A stretch of DNA of 64,000 nucleotides from Lama glama (GCA_028534125.1 CM052816.1:2358001-2422000); one strand, 5' to 3'; numbered from the stretch's first letter, positions 1 through 13,345 are shown. Notes: generated by a model not told the origin, from the letters alone. Numbers and translations: made by a program.

Positions 1-349
1 TCACATCTTCACCGTGCATATTAGGAAGACGTAAAGAATGCGACTCTCCCAAAAGGCACTAGCTGGTCAGTGATACAGGCTGGATGATAATCCAGCTTTG
101 TCTTACTCTGAAAGGGTTGGAATGAAAGGAAGAATTGTGCTGTTAGAAAAATGGAAGTCGAATGAGGTCTGGAGTAGGACATAAGTCGGGATAAAGAAAA
201 GCATTAGAACAGACTGCACAGCGAGGGGTATACTGGGAGCAAGAAGAGCACTAGAAGAGTATCGTGGGTCGTGGTTTTTGGAGGCCTAGTCTGGAGGCCT
301 CTTGGTTCTCCTGACTGGGCTGTTCCAGCAAAGACGTTAAGAGCCGGGC

Positions 350-590
350 TTGGGAGCCCGACTGCCTGGGCCTGACTCTCTAGCCTTTCACTCAGTAGCT
401 CGGCGGGTGGGAGCAATATTTAACTCCTCCGAGCCTCAGTTTCTTCCTCTGTGTAATGGGAGTAACAGTAGTACTTCCCTTTATGATTGTGGTAAAGGTC
501 AGATAGGTTAATCCATGTAAAGTGGATTGGCACCTGTTACATCCTTAGGAAAGACTTAAGCTGATGCTGTTCTTGCATCAATAATTATTA
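350..590 (+). mobile_element. MIR SINE fragment
   Basis: MIR core-like gagcctcagtttcttcctctgtgtaatgggagtaacagtagtac...catgtaaag. Confidence 0.7.
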
Positions 591-948
591 GAAGAAAAGA
601 CACAATGAATGAATGCAATGGATCCGTGTAACATCTCAGCATCTAATTGCTTCTACGCTTCTGAGTAGACCCATGCTTCCTAAATTTATGCACCCATGTG
701 TCCCTGCAAACATACAGGGGTGCCGTGGATTATTTTCAGTTTGAGAGACACAAATGATACTTTAAATCTGTCAGGTGCCACGTAAACTGCTGGTTCGGGG
801 TAGTTCATAGCTCAGCAGTAGATTGCACTGCATTCCTTCTGATTGTGTCGCAGCTCTGCAAGGCTGAGTTTTCAGCAGATGCTGTGATCCAAGGACGTGT
901 CCTGTGAATATCAACATGGACTAAAAAAGAAGGCATCGATGTCCAATC

Positions 949-1084
949 ATTTTTTTTAATTTAGTTGATTTACAATGTTAGTTTCATGTATACAGCAAAG
1001 CGATTCAATTGTACACACATATACATATACACACACACACAAATATTTTCAGATTCTTTTCCATGATAGCTTGTTACAAGACAG
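949..1084 (-). mobile_element. 5'-truncated L1 3' end with 9-bp target-site duplication
   Basis: T-tail then tagttgatttacaatgttagtttc...tacagcaaagcgattca...ttttcagattcttttcc. Flanked by TGTCCAATC at 940-948 and 1085-1093. Confidence 0.8.
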
Positions 1085-3819
1085 TGTCCAATCTTATTTC
1101 AAGGTCTGAGAAGTTGTTCAGTGCTCAACAGGAGCACACATCCCATTAGTATGTTTTGTGATTATTTTAGAATGAAATAAAAGTATTATTTTTTTCTTTC
1201 ACTTCTTTGTATTATTTTTCATATGGCTACTAAATTGTTAGGATGTAAATATTAAGGACAAAAATATTACGTTGTTAGGGTATAAAAAGTAAGCGGTTTG
1301 GACTTAGGCAGTTAAGTAAACAGAATTGTTGGGCATTTCTCTTGGCCAGAGGGCACTGGGAAAAGATGACTGAGGCACTTGAGGTACTGTGAACAGAGGA
1401 AAGTTCAAGAAGCTCTGGGGTAGACAATGAATAAAGATACAATCAGGATATGTGCTCAGGCTGAAAGGGAAGGGTTCCAGACTCAGTCAGGCAGAGGAGA
1501 CTTTCTGGCTGAGTCGTAGGCTAATGATATGCAGTAATAATAATCACTTAGTTTGGGTCAATAGCGAAGAAGGCTGACTTCATTTATTTTATATCACATG
1601 CTGTTTAGGTTGGAGTTGAGGCTGAGAACAATGTCTAGGCTTATCTGCAAGGCCATTGTTAGCTCTCTCCATAGCATACTTGTTATATGTTCTCTCTGAG
1701 TCCATTAAAATATAACCGCATAAGCACTTGATCCTCTAATATCTCTCAGTTACAAGTACTTTCCTGTCTTCTTAGTGGAACTAATGGATTATTTGGAGTC
1801 CCTTTTCATGTCACTTTTCTTGGGATTTTTTTTCCGCCCCTTCCCAGTCTATCTGCAGAGCTCTGCTGTAACTTCATTATCCAGCCCTTCTGAAATCTGG
1901 TTTTGAGGAAGCAACTCTGTGAACAGTGGGAGCAGTTTTCCAAGTTGTCTCATAAAACTGTGATATTAACAGTCACAAGCAGGCCTGGGCCCGGAACCCT
2001 GTGCTTGGTTAGCGCGCGGCTCGGAGAAGGGTTTCTGAGCTTCAGAGCCTGACTCGGTGATGCTCCCTGCTGAGAGCCGTAAGTTGCTGGTAGCTTGTTC
2101 CAGGAGAGTAATAAGCATTGTTGTTCAACAATTGTGTTGTTGAAATTCAGCTCCACTATGTCTGACAGTATTTATCTAAAATACTTTCCCTGGTACGTGT
2201 TCAAGTTCCAGTAAACCGTGTCTTATTGTGCGACCTTTTCATTTTCCAGTGAAAAGGGATCAGCTCGTCAGATAAAAGCTACAAGCCAGAGTACAGGAAA
2301 AATGCGTGCTCAGAAAATCCAAGCATGATTGAAAACAAGATGTGTTAAATCAATGCGGTTTATCGCCTGCCTATTCCCGGCAATTGCTGTTCTAAGCTCA
2401 TTCTGAACACACACCAGATGATAAAAGTACAGTGTCAAGCACTCGCTGGGGTGGGCATGCAGGAAAACATGTTTATCAGACAGGCCAGGTGATTTTACCC
2501 CCTTGATAACAGTTATTGTCAAAACTCTTTGGGAAGAAATCTGGAGAACAATTAGAGAAGGAATATTATTCTTGTTATATCAGAAGATACGCCAGGAGGG
2601 AAGAAAAGTATGGATTTATCTTTAAAAATTACAAAAGACAGACATCGTGTGTTGGCCCCTGATTCTTAAAACACCATCATCCATTGCATTGAGACAGTCG
2701 TCTTTTTCTTGTTCAATTGAGCAAATCCGGCTTTGAAACCAAATCATAAATGATCAAATTAAAAAAATAAAATCATGGAGAGCTTCAAGCTTCTGTTTGC
2801 TTGAGGGATTTGAGTTTAGCTTTCAACTTGCATCAAATTTGGAAATCTAAATGAAGGCTCCTAGAAGGCCACGCTGCTCAGAGCACATGGTATGCAAAAG
2901 ATGGGAGACTTCTCATCAGCTTTATTGCAATTAGAGAGCAGTTGCATCTCCCTACTTCCCGGTTTAGATGGAGTGTAACCCTCAGACAAGAAGGGGGTCT
3001 ACTTAAGAGATGCTCCACTTCTGCCAGTGACTTCTCACTAAGGACCTTCTAGCAAATACCAGCGGGTCTTGGTATGGAGTAAGTTGGTTTCATGTATCTC
3101 GACAGCACTAGGCATCTCTTTTTCCCAAAAGACAAATCAACTTTTGAGAGCCCAGCTCAGATCTACAAGGAGAACTCGATGAGACAGAAGGCACAGTTTC
3201 CTGGTCATTTGTGGGGCAAGTTTACAACAGCAGGGTGGCCCCCACCCCAAGAGCTTTGTGCTAGTTGCCATGATGAGCTTTAAGTCAATAAATCAGGCCG
3301 AGCAACTTCCTCACCCGTGTGAAGTCAGGAGTCTGAAGTCAGGATTTCGCCTGGGGCTGGATCTCTGTTTCACAGGTATGTTTACAGGAAGAGCAGAACC
3401 ATGCAATTGGCTGGGTAGCTGGACCTGTCACTGTGCCGTGAACTGAGATTTATCAGTATTAAAACAGTCGTCCTGGCCTATAAATAAAGCACTGAGGCTT
3501 GTGTTCTGATTCATGCAGCCAATTCTTTCTGTGCCTCAGTTTCTCACTTTGGAATTGAGAGTAATAAGTTTTGACATTTATGTCAAGGGCATAGGAAGGA
3601 ATCAATGAGCTAATGTCTAGAGCGCTTTGGTATTGCTGGGAAAAGGGTCTTACAGACCTCGGGGTGTCTGCGAAATGACCCTTCTACACGTAATCATTGT
3701 GATCGCTCACTTCTATTAAGAACTTTCAGAGGAACTTATAACTTAGAGAATAATTGAGTTCTGGAGGCAGAAATCTTCAAAATTAGTTTTCTTTTGCAGA
3801 TGCCTTTAAAAGTAACCCA

Positions 3820-4130
3820 TCGAACTGTGAAATGGTATAAATTTTATGAAGGGCAGATAGGAAATATATGTATCAAAAGGCTTGAAATGTACATATTCTT
3901 TTATCCAAGAATTTCTCCTGAGTGTTGTTCATTATAGTACTTCTTAAGCAGTTAAAATTTGGGGGAAAAATATATCCCCATTAACAGGGGAGTTGTTGCC
4001 TAAGTTATGGCCACTCATATAATACAATATGCTACAACCATGAAAAAGGATGAGGTGGATATAAATATGTATATTATCTATATGTATAGAAAATAGTATT
4101 GTAAAAATGCCTGAGATATAAATAGCGGTT
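3820..4130 (+). mobile_element. Old L1M (L1ME-like) fragment
   Basis: Degenerate ORF2-end/3'UTR motifs: aaatggtataaattttatgaagggca...ttatggccactcatataatacaatatgctacaaccatgaaaaaggatgagg. Confidence 0.55.
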
Positions 4131-6878
4131 ATATATGAGTGGGGGTATTGCGAGTTTTTTTTTCCCTTTTTGTGTTTCTTTTGTGCTTTTTGTGCAATAA
4201 GGATGCGTTCCTTCTAGATTTAGAAAAACAGTAAAGCTCTTTCCATTCTGAAAAACAAAAGCAAGTCACTCTTAATTCTTTCTTCCTGCCCCTGATTGCT
4301 TTTTGCTTCTGGAAGAGTTCTTCATTTCCAAACATCCGCAAGTCCTTTGCCTTCCAAGTGACAGGCCTCAGGGCCTTCCATCTCTTTCTCCCAGAGCCCC
4401 CGCGTGTCTTCATCCCGGGCTCCCATCCACCTTGCAGGCCCCTTTCTCTCTTCCGTCTTTACCTTGCAAGCTCTGGCTCCAGTCTCCGTAACAAGTACTC
4501 AGCCACACAGGCCCACAGCACCTCTGAGGGTGCCCTCGGTGGAGAGAAACATTGCTTCCTTTGCTTGATTTTCTGAACCTCAGAGTTGTTGCTCCACATC
4601 AAGAGGTTTGGAGACTACAAATAAGAAGGCAGAGCGTGATCAAAGCCAATCTGGAAATGTTCCCTTGGCTCCTATGCTGGTGAATTCTGCCCATGTTGGC
4701 TTCATCCTGACACCCTTCTGGTTCGGTTACAGCTCTCTGCAGCTCAGTGAGCCTCTTCCCGAAGCGCTCCTGAACCTCGCCGGCTCCCAGGCAGGGCGCC
4801 AGGCTGTGAAAGCACTTCCCGAAGAAAGCAGGGGCTCTGCTTGCGAGGGATCTGGGGTTAGGTTTCTTGGGGAGCGCATCCCTTCCACGGAGGGATGCCC
4901 CAGCATACCGCTTGTGCGCTCCACAGCTAGGCCAGTAACGAAACGCCCAAATGGCTGGCAATGCAGCAAGTCCCTTCATGAACCGTATTTCTGGCCCTTG
5001 TTTAGATTTCTGGTTGGTTTTGTGGTTTCTGTCTTTAAAGTCAAGTCTTAAAGATAGGTTCGTGAAGATAACTTGCTGTTTTATTGTTTACCTCTGGTTG
5101 TTAATTTAGTGACTGAGGGAGAAATGGGGCCATTATGGCGCAGAAAGACTCTGCCTCACACGTATGTAATAACTCTCGTGCCCAGAATGGATCTGCCTCG
5201 AAGGGAAATGCTCTGCTGTTATTCCTTTAGTTCAAACGTCGAGTAGTCACCAGGGAAGCTTGGAGACCCAGGTGCTGGGTTTATCATTGCCTCTGCTCTG
5301 CGGCTTTATTTATTACTTGGCGTGGAGTCTAGATATTTGTTTGGACATTAAATGGCAATAGAATATAAATATTGCCTTTCTAATATCTGCATTTCTTTTT
5401 ATTCCCAGTCAAAATGACATCATGTCACACAGCCATTAAAAAAAGGAAATTAAAACCCCCGAAATATGTTAAAGCAGCGCGGTGCGCCGCTGAGCTATAA
5501 AAAGCAGGGGGACTCCGCGCGCTGACGTTGGAACGGCACCCAAAGCGCGCCTCCCCGGAGGAGTGGGGAGCCCAGCCTTTCCCTGCCATTGTTTCCAGGA
5601 ATAAGTATCCTAGAAGTTAAATCAGTTTTCTTAACTGACAATGCATTTGTCTTGACTACATGATTTTCATTTGCAAGTAAATCCCCTTAAAGAGAACTTT
5701 ATTTGATGTGTTTGTGAAGTGGATTCAAGAAAAAAGCCAACTAAGGCATGGAAAGGCCACAATCGACACATATATTTGGTTAGGATTTACTCATTACCAG
5801 GCGTTTTAAATGCATTTTGTCATCTTGTCCTTATTAGGAGCCCAGAAATACCTAGTTGTGTTCCTCTCAGTTTTCTTTACATATAACATTTCATGCTGCG
5901 TAAACATTTGGACCCTGGAAATAGCTTTCTGTAACCAGAGCTGCTCTGTCTTGACCAGCACCTCGGTCGAAGCCCAAAGCGGGAGTGCTCTGCATAGACT
6001 GGTTCTGCCTGGAAAGTTGCTGGTTTCCTTCAAGGGGAGTCTGAGATGGTGCGATTGGAAGGGAACCCCAAGCCATTTACAAGCAGACCCCACACAAGGC
6101 CAGATGAAGTGGTTTGATTTTTTTAAAACTATTTAATTAACGCTTCCTTTTTGAAAAGTAATGACTGATCCAGCTGAGGGCAGCCCTGTGCATATATCCT
6201 ATTTTTCTTATCAACACCCATTCCCTGCCTCCCGTCGGAGCTGTGAGACGACCCTTCTGAAATCTCAACCAGATCCATCTGCCCTGCAAGCTTGCTCTCC
6301 GCACAGCAGCATTTAATCTCGCCTTTTGTGTTTCAGACTTACTGTGGTCTGTATGCACTGCTCCCCGTGGTCCTCCTGGGCTCACTCTACGAATAGTCCG
6401 TACCTACCTCTAGGTTTGAACAGGACGGTGGGTGGAAGGCGTCTTGACTTCACGTGTTTGTGGCTCCCCTGTAGCCTGATCACTCTTGAAGTTCCTGCGG
6501 AGTGTGGTGTGATCCTAGTGTCAGAAAGAGGAGCAGAGGTGGTGACCCACCATCTGACCATCAGGGAGGCGAGAGAATGGATTGCTGAGCAGGCAAGGCT
6601 GGCCGCAAAAGTGGGAGCTGGCTTCCACTAGAGCAGTTCATCTGTCTTTGGGTTTAGACTGTGTACACCTTTCAGAAAGTTTATTTTTAAGGGCTTATGG
6701 TGCTGTGGCACGAAACAGTTGATTCCTACCAGTGCCATCGGAACACATGGGAGGCACTAGAAATGATTATTAAATCAGTGGACAGTTTTATTATCTCGTG
6801 GAATGTTTAAATGCCACGTCAGTCCCGTTTTATTATGATGATTTAAAAATTGGGGATATCCTTCTTTGGGATTATGGA

Positions 6879-7100
6879 TTTTTCTTTTTTTTAACATTTT
6901 TTTATTGATTTATAATCATTTTACAATGTTGTGTCAAATTCCAGTGTTCACAATTTTTCAGTCATTCATGGACATATACACACTCATTGTCACATTTTTT
7001 TTCTCTGTGAGTTATCATAACATTTTGTGTATATTTCCCTGTGCTATACAGTGTAATCTTGTTTATCTATTCTACAATTTTAAAATCCCAGTTTATCCCT
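6879..7100 (-). mobile_element. Young lineage-specific L1 3' end (camelid-type)
   Basis: ttttttaacattttttattgatttataatcattttacaatgttgtgtcaaattccagtg...tttccctgtgctatacagtgtaatcttgtttatctattc. A second short copy lies at 8245-8294. Confidence 0.8.
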
Positions 7101-7749
7101 CTGAGCCTCCCTTATTCTGTTACCATCCCTAACTGGTTTAGGATCACACCCTCTCGAACCCTGTTCAGAGAGTGTGGACTAGGTATTTGGAAGCAGGGTG
7201 CCATGAGGGGCTCCCATCACTGCATTCCATTTGCAGTTTACAGCTTCATTTTTTTTTTCCTTTTTACAACCTAAGATGCTCATACTTCTTTATTTGTGAT
7301 TAATTATGCCCAATTAATTTCTTTTTCTTTCTCTGCTGGATTCTCAGAATTGTCCCAAGTTTTAGAGGAAAAAAACGGACTGGTCCCATTTCTTCTGGTG
7401 CCCCCTGAGCCCTGTGCTTGAATACAATGAGGTCACTTTGTTGAAGGATTAACTTTATATTACATTCTTGCAGAGTAGATGTATGTCCCTAAGGTACCAC
7501 TACCCCCACTGACGAAAATAAATATACCATTCTTTATGATTCCTCCCCATTACCCTCTCTGTTGACTTTCAGAGAGTTTATGAATAGTCACATATTTATA
7601 CAACTGGCCAAAAGTACACTACTTATTTTTCTTATGGTCTGTAATAACCTAGGCAAGGTTATTAAAGGGTATACAGACCCCCTTTTAAGGCAGAGTTTCT
7701 TATGTCATTACTTTATACAAGCAGGTCAGATTCCATCTCAGCAACAATC

Positions 7750-8125
7750 TCTTGCTTTTAACCTTTTTCTCTGATTATAAAAGTAATATATGTTCATTGT
7801 GGAAAATGTAGACAACACGCAGCAGAAAGAGGAGGAAAAGCACTTTAAGACCCACTTCTTAGAAATAACTACTAGTATTCTAGTTTATACACAGAAACCT
7901 TTTCTTTATTCTCTGTGTATGTTCATTTAAAGAAAAGTGTTCACCCTGTAACATGCTCTTGTAATCTGCTTCTTGATGTAGCAATGGATTATACGCCAGC
8001 AAATATTTTTTTCCTATATTTTTTTCCCAAAAGCATTGCTTTTGAAGACTGCATCATATTCCAGTGAGTGGGCTGTAATTTAACCAGCCCCAGCCTTAGA
8101 CATTTCATCCGGTTTCAGGTTTTTT
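7750..8125 (-). mobile_element. Old L1ME-like 3' fragment
   Basis: tgattataaaagtaatatatgttcattgtggaaaat...ctgcatcatattcca...aatttaaccagcccc...ttagacatttc. Confidence 0.55.
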
Positions 8126-8244
8126 GTTTTTTGGGTTTTTTTTTTAAGTAAGAGTCTTAATCAGATGTCTCCACTCACTCAGTAACTGATTTGATTTTTT
8201 TCTCCAGTTAGTGCAATCAGAGAAATCATCATGCACCTTTGAAT

Positions 8245-8294
8245 GTTTTTTAACATATTTTATTGATTTATAATCATTTTACAGCGTTGTGTCG
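8245..8294 (-). mobile_element. 50-bp L1 tail insertion with 13-bp target-site duplication
   Basis: Near-identical to the start of the 6879 element. TGCACCTTTGAAT occurs at 8232-8244 and 8295-8307. Confidence 0.85.
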
Positions 8295-10662
8295 TGCACC
8301 TTTGAATTTGACAACAAGCTTTTTCTTGCGTATCTTTACTGGTACCTTTGTTTACAGCACTGGACGAGGCCAACATAATATTCAATACCTAAACTGATGG
8401 CAGGTTAATATATTTAAATATATGAGCATAGAGCAAATCCTAAAGGCATGGGAAATAAAAAGCCTTTGTCCCTCTCTCTGAAGTATTTCCTCTCTCAGAG
8501 CATACTTCCATACACTAGATGCTTATTTCTCTTTGAATAATGAGTTTAATATATCTAATTCAATTACTCTTCATGGCAGCACAATGACTTCTCCTCAGCT
8601 CTTTAGCTATTAGTTCCATATGATATTTGAATCAGTTCTTTTAATTGCAGGTGTTAGACGTCGGTCATTCGGCTGTGCGTTGTCCCTATGGCCAGAGGAA
8701 CGCATCCTTCCCCCCAGTACATCAGACAGTCATTCGGTTAACAACCGTGGGTTTCTTGACACCATGGAAATTAATTCATTATGCAAACAACTGAAGGGGT
8801 GGGTCAGCAATTCAAGTTTTATTGGTGGCTTACACTGAAAAATAAAGCCAAGAATTAGAATTTTCAGGATGCTGAATTTATATCCTCAGGTATTAAAATG
8901 ATACATTTAATTGTCGGAAGCTGCTTTTATGGTTAAGCTTCTTTGCTGGCAATTAGCATTATGGGTGGGAGACGGATGTGATGTACAACTTAAACCTAGG
9001 TGCTCATTCGTGTCACTCTCGTGCGTTTCTTGATTAAATACCGTGGATTTTACGAGTAACAGCTTTCCTGCATAAAGAATTCCATGGCTTTCTCTCTACA
9101 AGTCTAACCTGGAAAAAAAAAAAGAAAAAGAAAAAAAAAAAGAATTCTTCTCCAGGGTTTAGAAAGTAATTCATAAAAAGAGGGGAATAATAAATATTGT
9201 GTCCGAACTCATATGCCAGAATAGACAGTGGGACTTGGTACACCTGGGTGTCGTTTTAGTTCATTTCCACAACAGACAGGTTGAAAGTTTACTGTTTGGA
9301 AGGAGAGAGGTGGGGAGATGGCTAAACCTCCTATTTGCAAAAATGATTACATTATCTTAAATGAAAATGCTGCTCTATTAGCAACTTCAACAAGCCTTGC
9401 ATTTGAGGGGGGGAAAAATCTCTTTAATGAAAAGTTACCTGAAGTTCACTCTAACTTAAAATATACAAGTGAGGAAAAAGTACTTAGTCTGATTTATGTC
9501 TCTTTTGGAGGGGTAATTATTGGCTTTTTACTCACCTATGTAAAACAATGTACTTTTGTAAATGGATTTCTGGCCACTTTATGCAGCCTTTTTTTTTTTT
9601 TTCCTCCTTTTTTTTTTTTTCCTTACATAAAAAGTAAGCACTGTCAATCAAGGAATTTTAAGGTTTATTTCCTCTTTAGAAATGATTGATAGCCTTTTAG
9701 ATTTACAAGTTGACAAGTTAAAGGGTTCTACTGGTATAATTATGTACTAAATTCACAGTCTTTCAATTTAAATGTCCTTTTAAAACCACAAGATTATCAT
9801 ACCTGTATTTTGAAAAGTGGGCCAGTCAGTTTGGGTTGGTATACAAATTGCTTCCATTAGCCTTGGGACCTATTTGAATTTAATACCGTTTTTTTAAAGT
9901 TAGTGGTAGTACGAATCTTACTTTTAAAATTTAGGTTAATGGAAATGCATTTCAAGTCAAGCACGTGGCAACTTGTTTTCTAAATGTATAGATAAACGCC
10001 AGAACTACAAAGGCTGTCTTTTTATTCAGTATGGGAGAAAATGTGCGGTTGAATCCTTTGCTTACATGCAAAAAGAAAGGGAAAGAAAAAAGCCACCCGC
10101 CTACCCACAGCTTAGAGGACGTGGGGGACGCGGGTAGAGGGCAGGGCTGCCATCCTTTCCTGGGCAGGGGAGGAAGGCTGAAGACATCTCATATCTTGGG
10201 GAGGAATTTCAAAACTGACACAGCAGAGTCCACTTTGTGTTGAGTTCAAGGATGCTTTGAGGAAGGCATCGTCAGCATAGGTACCAGAAGGCCCAGTGTC
10301 TCCCAATCCTACTGCAGGGCTGCTCTTCTGTTAGTCTTTCTAAGAGTTCTTCTTGGAGACCCAGCTGCTCTGTGCTAGTGCCCAACAGAGGTTAGTCTCT
10401 TCCTTGAAATAGTATTGATGTTGGTGAATTGGTCTGTCATCTTGGATGTGAGGGTGCTGTGTCAAGGGCATTCCCATCCCTGTCTCTTTTTTAGATTCTC
10501 CCAAGGGTAGAATAGGCTTTTTACACTGAGAAGATCCAGTTTCCTCTGCCCCTCAGCACACGCTTGCAGGCTTACTGGCCACAGATGACACCGAGAGGGT
10601 GTATCAGCTGAGGTCTGCTAGAGATTCTGCAGCTAAGCAAAGACATTATTATTAATTATTAC

Positions 10663-10985
10663 CTTTATTGTGGTATGGTTCCTCTACAGTAAACTACACA
10701 TATTTCAAATGTACAATTTGATGAATTTTGATAGATGTGTACCCCAGGGAAACCTCCACCACAATCAAGATAGCTAAGATGTCCATCACTCCCCAAGACG
10801 TACAATTTCTGAATTCCCAATTTATCCCTTCCCACTCCCTTTCCCCCCCAGGTAACCGTAAGTTTGTTCTCTCTGTCTGCGAGTCTGTGTTTTGTAGTTA
10901 AGTTCTTTTGTGTCCTTTTTTTTAGATTCCACATATAAGCGATGTCATATGGTACTTGTCTTTCTCTTTCTGGCTCACTTCCCTT
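10663..10985 (-). mobile_element. Two abutting L1 3' fragments (older L1M-type 10663-~10800, younger type ~10800-10985)
   Basis: tgtacaatttgatgaattttgatagatgtg...accacaatcaagata, then ggtaaccgtaagtttgttctc...ttttagattccacatataagcgatgtcatatggtacttgtctttctct. Confidence 0.75.
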
Positions 10986-11390
10986 TGCTAAGCAAGTACT
11001 TTTAATTCTGCTGTTCACCACCTGTAGATGCCCTTGGGCTTGCCCTTGGACAAGCCCTCTAGTGTTTTGACCTAAGCTTCAGACTTAAGGGAATCCCAAA
11101 ACCTGACATCAAGTTCCATTTCACTTTCTATTTTCAACAACGGAAGGAATGTAGAATTTGGCCAGAAGAGCAGAGTTCAGGACCTGCTACTCGCGGGCTT
11201 TTGAGTGAGTCAGTCCCCACCATGGCAAGCGGCAGAAGTGGATGGTGGAAGTATTCATGAAAAGGGATCATTCGTCCAATCATTTTACGATCTAATTCAA
11301 AAGTATCCATGAAACTTTGGACTTCCCAGTTATTTCTGTGCCGTCAGTGTTGCAAATCATGCGTTGTTTTATTTCTTGAAATTGTTCTAA

Positions 11391-11585
<195 letters not shown>

Positions 11586-11649
11586 TAGTTCATAGATCAG
11601 CAACTCAGTATTTTTGTGCTTTGTGGGTTTAATATTTATTCTAAGGTAA

Positions 11650-11905
11650 GCAATAATACGGTAGCAAGCACTTCTGTGCCAGGTAATATATATTTTATGT
11701 ATGTATTTATTTTTATGTATATACTGTCATTTCTGCCTCTCAAAAGCCCTCTGAGGTTGGTACTGTTACCCCCTCTATTTTAGAGGATACAGTAACCATA
11801 GATAGAGGTTGAATCATTTGCCCAAGTTCACACAGCATGTAAATTGCAAGACTGAGGTTCAAACTCACACAGCCTGGCTTCCAAAGTCCAGGTTATTAAT
11901 CACCA
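11650..11905 (-). mobile_element. MIR SINE
   Basis: gcacttctgtgccagg...ccctctgaggttggtactgttaccccctctattttagagga...tttgcccaagttcacacagc...tggcttccaaagtcca. Confidence 0.7.
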
Positions 11906-13194
11906 CATCCCATCAATTCTCGAGGGGAAAAAGAACATTGCCTTTTTTACCCCCTGAGGATCTTTACTTATTCCTGGTGAGGGGGCGAACAGCTGGCGCT
12001 CCCAAGAAAACATACTGGCAGCTCTCGCAACCGGGCAATTAGGACATGAGCCTCGTACCTCCGGAGGCATCCAACCTCGCAGGGAAATAAGGCGCAAGTG
12101 AGAGAAATTAGATACAATTTCAAGACAGAGAAATAAGTGTCATACGGCGCTCGCTATGTCATCAATTGCCAATGCACAAGACGGGCAATGCACATTTATT
12201 GATTTCTCTTCTGTACTTGTCATCCACGTTGGGGTCCACCTCTGCCCCCGAAACTGATGCACAGACTGAGGGGCCGGCAGGGTGGGTGAGGGGCGCGACG
12301 AGCCTGGAGAAGGTGAAACTGTGACAGGCAGAGCCTGTCTTCTCCTGGGCCGCAGGGGAGGAGCCACACTCCATCTCAACCCCGAGTTCCCGCAGCAGCC
12401 TTGCCCCCTCTGAGCGCTGCTGACCTTGGAGAAGCTCCTTGAGAGCATTCCACCTGAGGGAGAAACCCTGTGATGCGTGGTCTGTTCGCAGCCTTGTCTT
12501 TGAAAGGGGCCTCCATCTTACACGGCCTCTCACCCTGGCTCATTCTTGGTGAGCAGTGAAAGAATCGGACAATAATAGCGGACGACCCTCTCCTTCCACA
12601 GCACAGACTAGCCATGGAGACCGTTACCTGCAGGCTCCTGTGTCTGGCACGATCTCAGCTCCCACCTGTTTCCTGTGGGACAATCAACGGTAATTTGGTA
12701 GCACAGAGGCATCAATAATGTGTCCACCTCATGGTCAGTGCCTGTGGTGTCCCCATGGTAGGAAGAGGCCATGCGTGGATTGCCAGACTCTTCCCACTGC
12801 TTCCATTTGGGCACCGACCGTTTTCACTTTCATTTGGGATTTGATGTCTCTAGAGTCTGCAGACGGGACTGGAGAGTCAGATCGGGCGAGGGGGGACTCA
12901 GAGTGCCCGCACCTGCCAGCTCTGCATTCGGGGTCAGAATTCTTCCCACCACCACCCCCCCCAGAACTATTTCTCTCTCTGTGCGTCAATTTCCTTCTCT
13001 GTCAAATGGAGATGATAATATTTCCTACTTTGGGGGTTTGTCTTTATCATCACTTATTTAGCACTCAACAAGAGGTAGCTGTGATTACTTGCCAGCAGGG
13101 CGAGAGTGGGACCCTGGCTTCTGAGAGCTCTCCTAATAACCAATCTCTGGAGACCAGGAAATCATCATCCTGGTCAGCAGCTGAGTGTGAGGTT

Positions 13195-13345
13195 CATCTT
13201 CTGTGCCTCAGTTTCTTCATCTATAAAATGGGGGTAATAATTGTGCCGACCTCGGCGGGATCACATAAAGAAAAGAAGGGGTAATCTCGTGGGTGCCTCG
13301 GCATAGTTTCTGGTCCACAATTGCCACTCTATAAATACTTACTGA
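13195..13345 (+). mobile_element. MIR SINE fragment
   Basis: ctgtgcctcagtttcttcatctataaaatgggggtaataattgtgccgacctc. Confidence 0.75.

Noticed and set aside
4599..5051. Three overlapping ORFs (126, 147 and 80 aa) on both strands, plus a small hairpin GCATCCCT...AGGGATGC
   Set aside because: No recognisable domain or coherent splice structure. This is expected by chance in GC-richer intron, and the hairpin is too short for a pre-miRNA.
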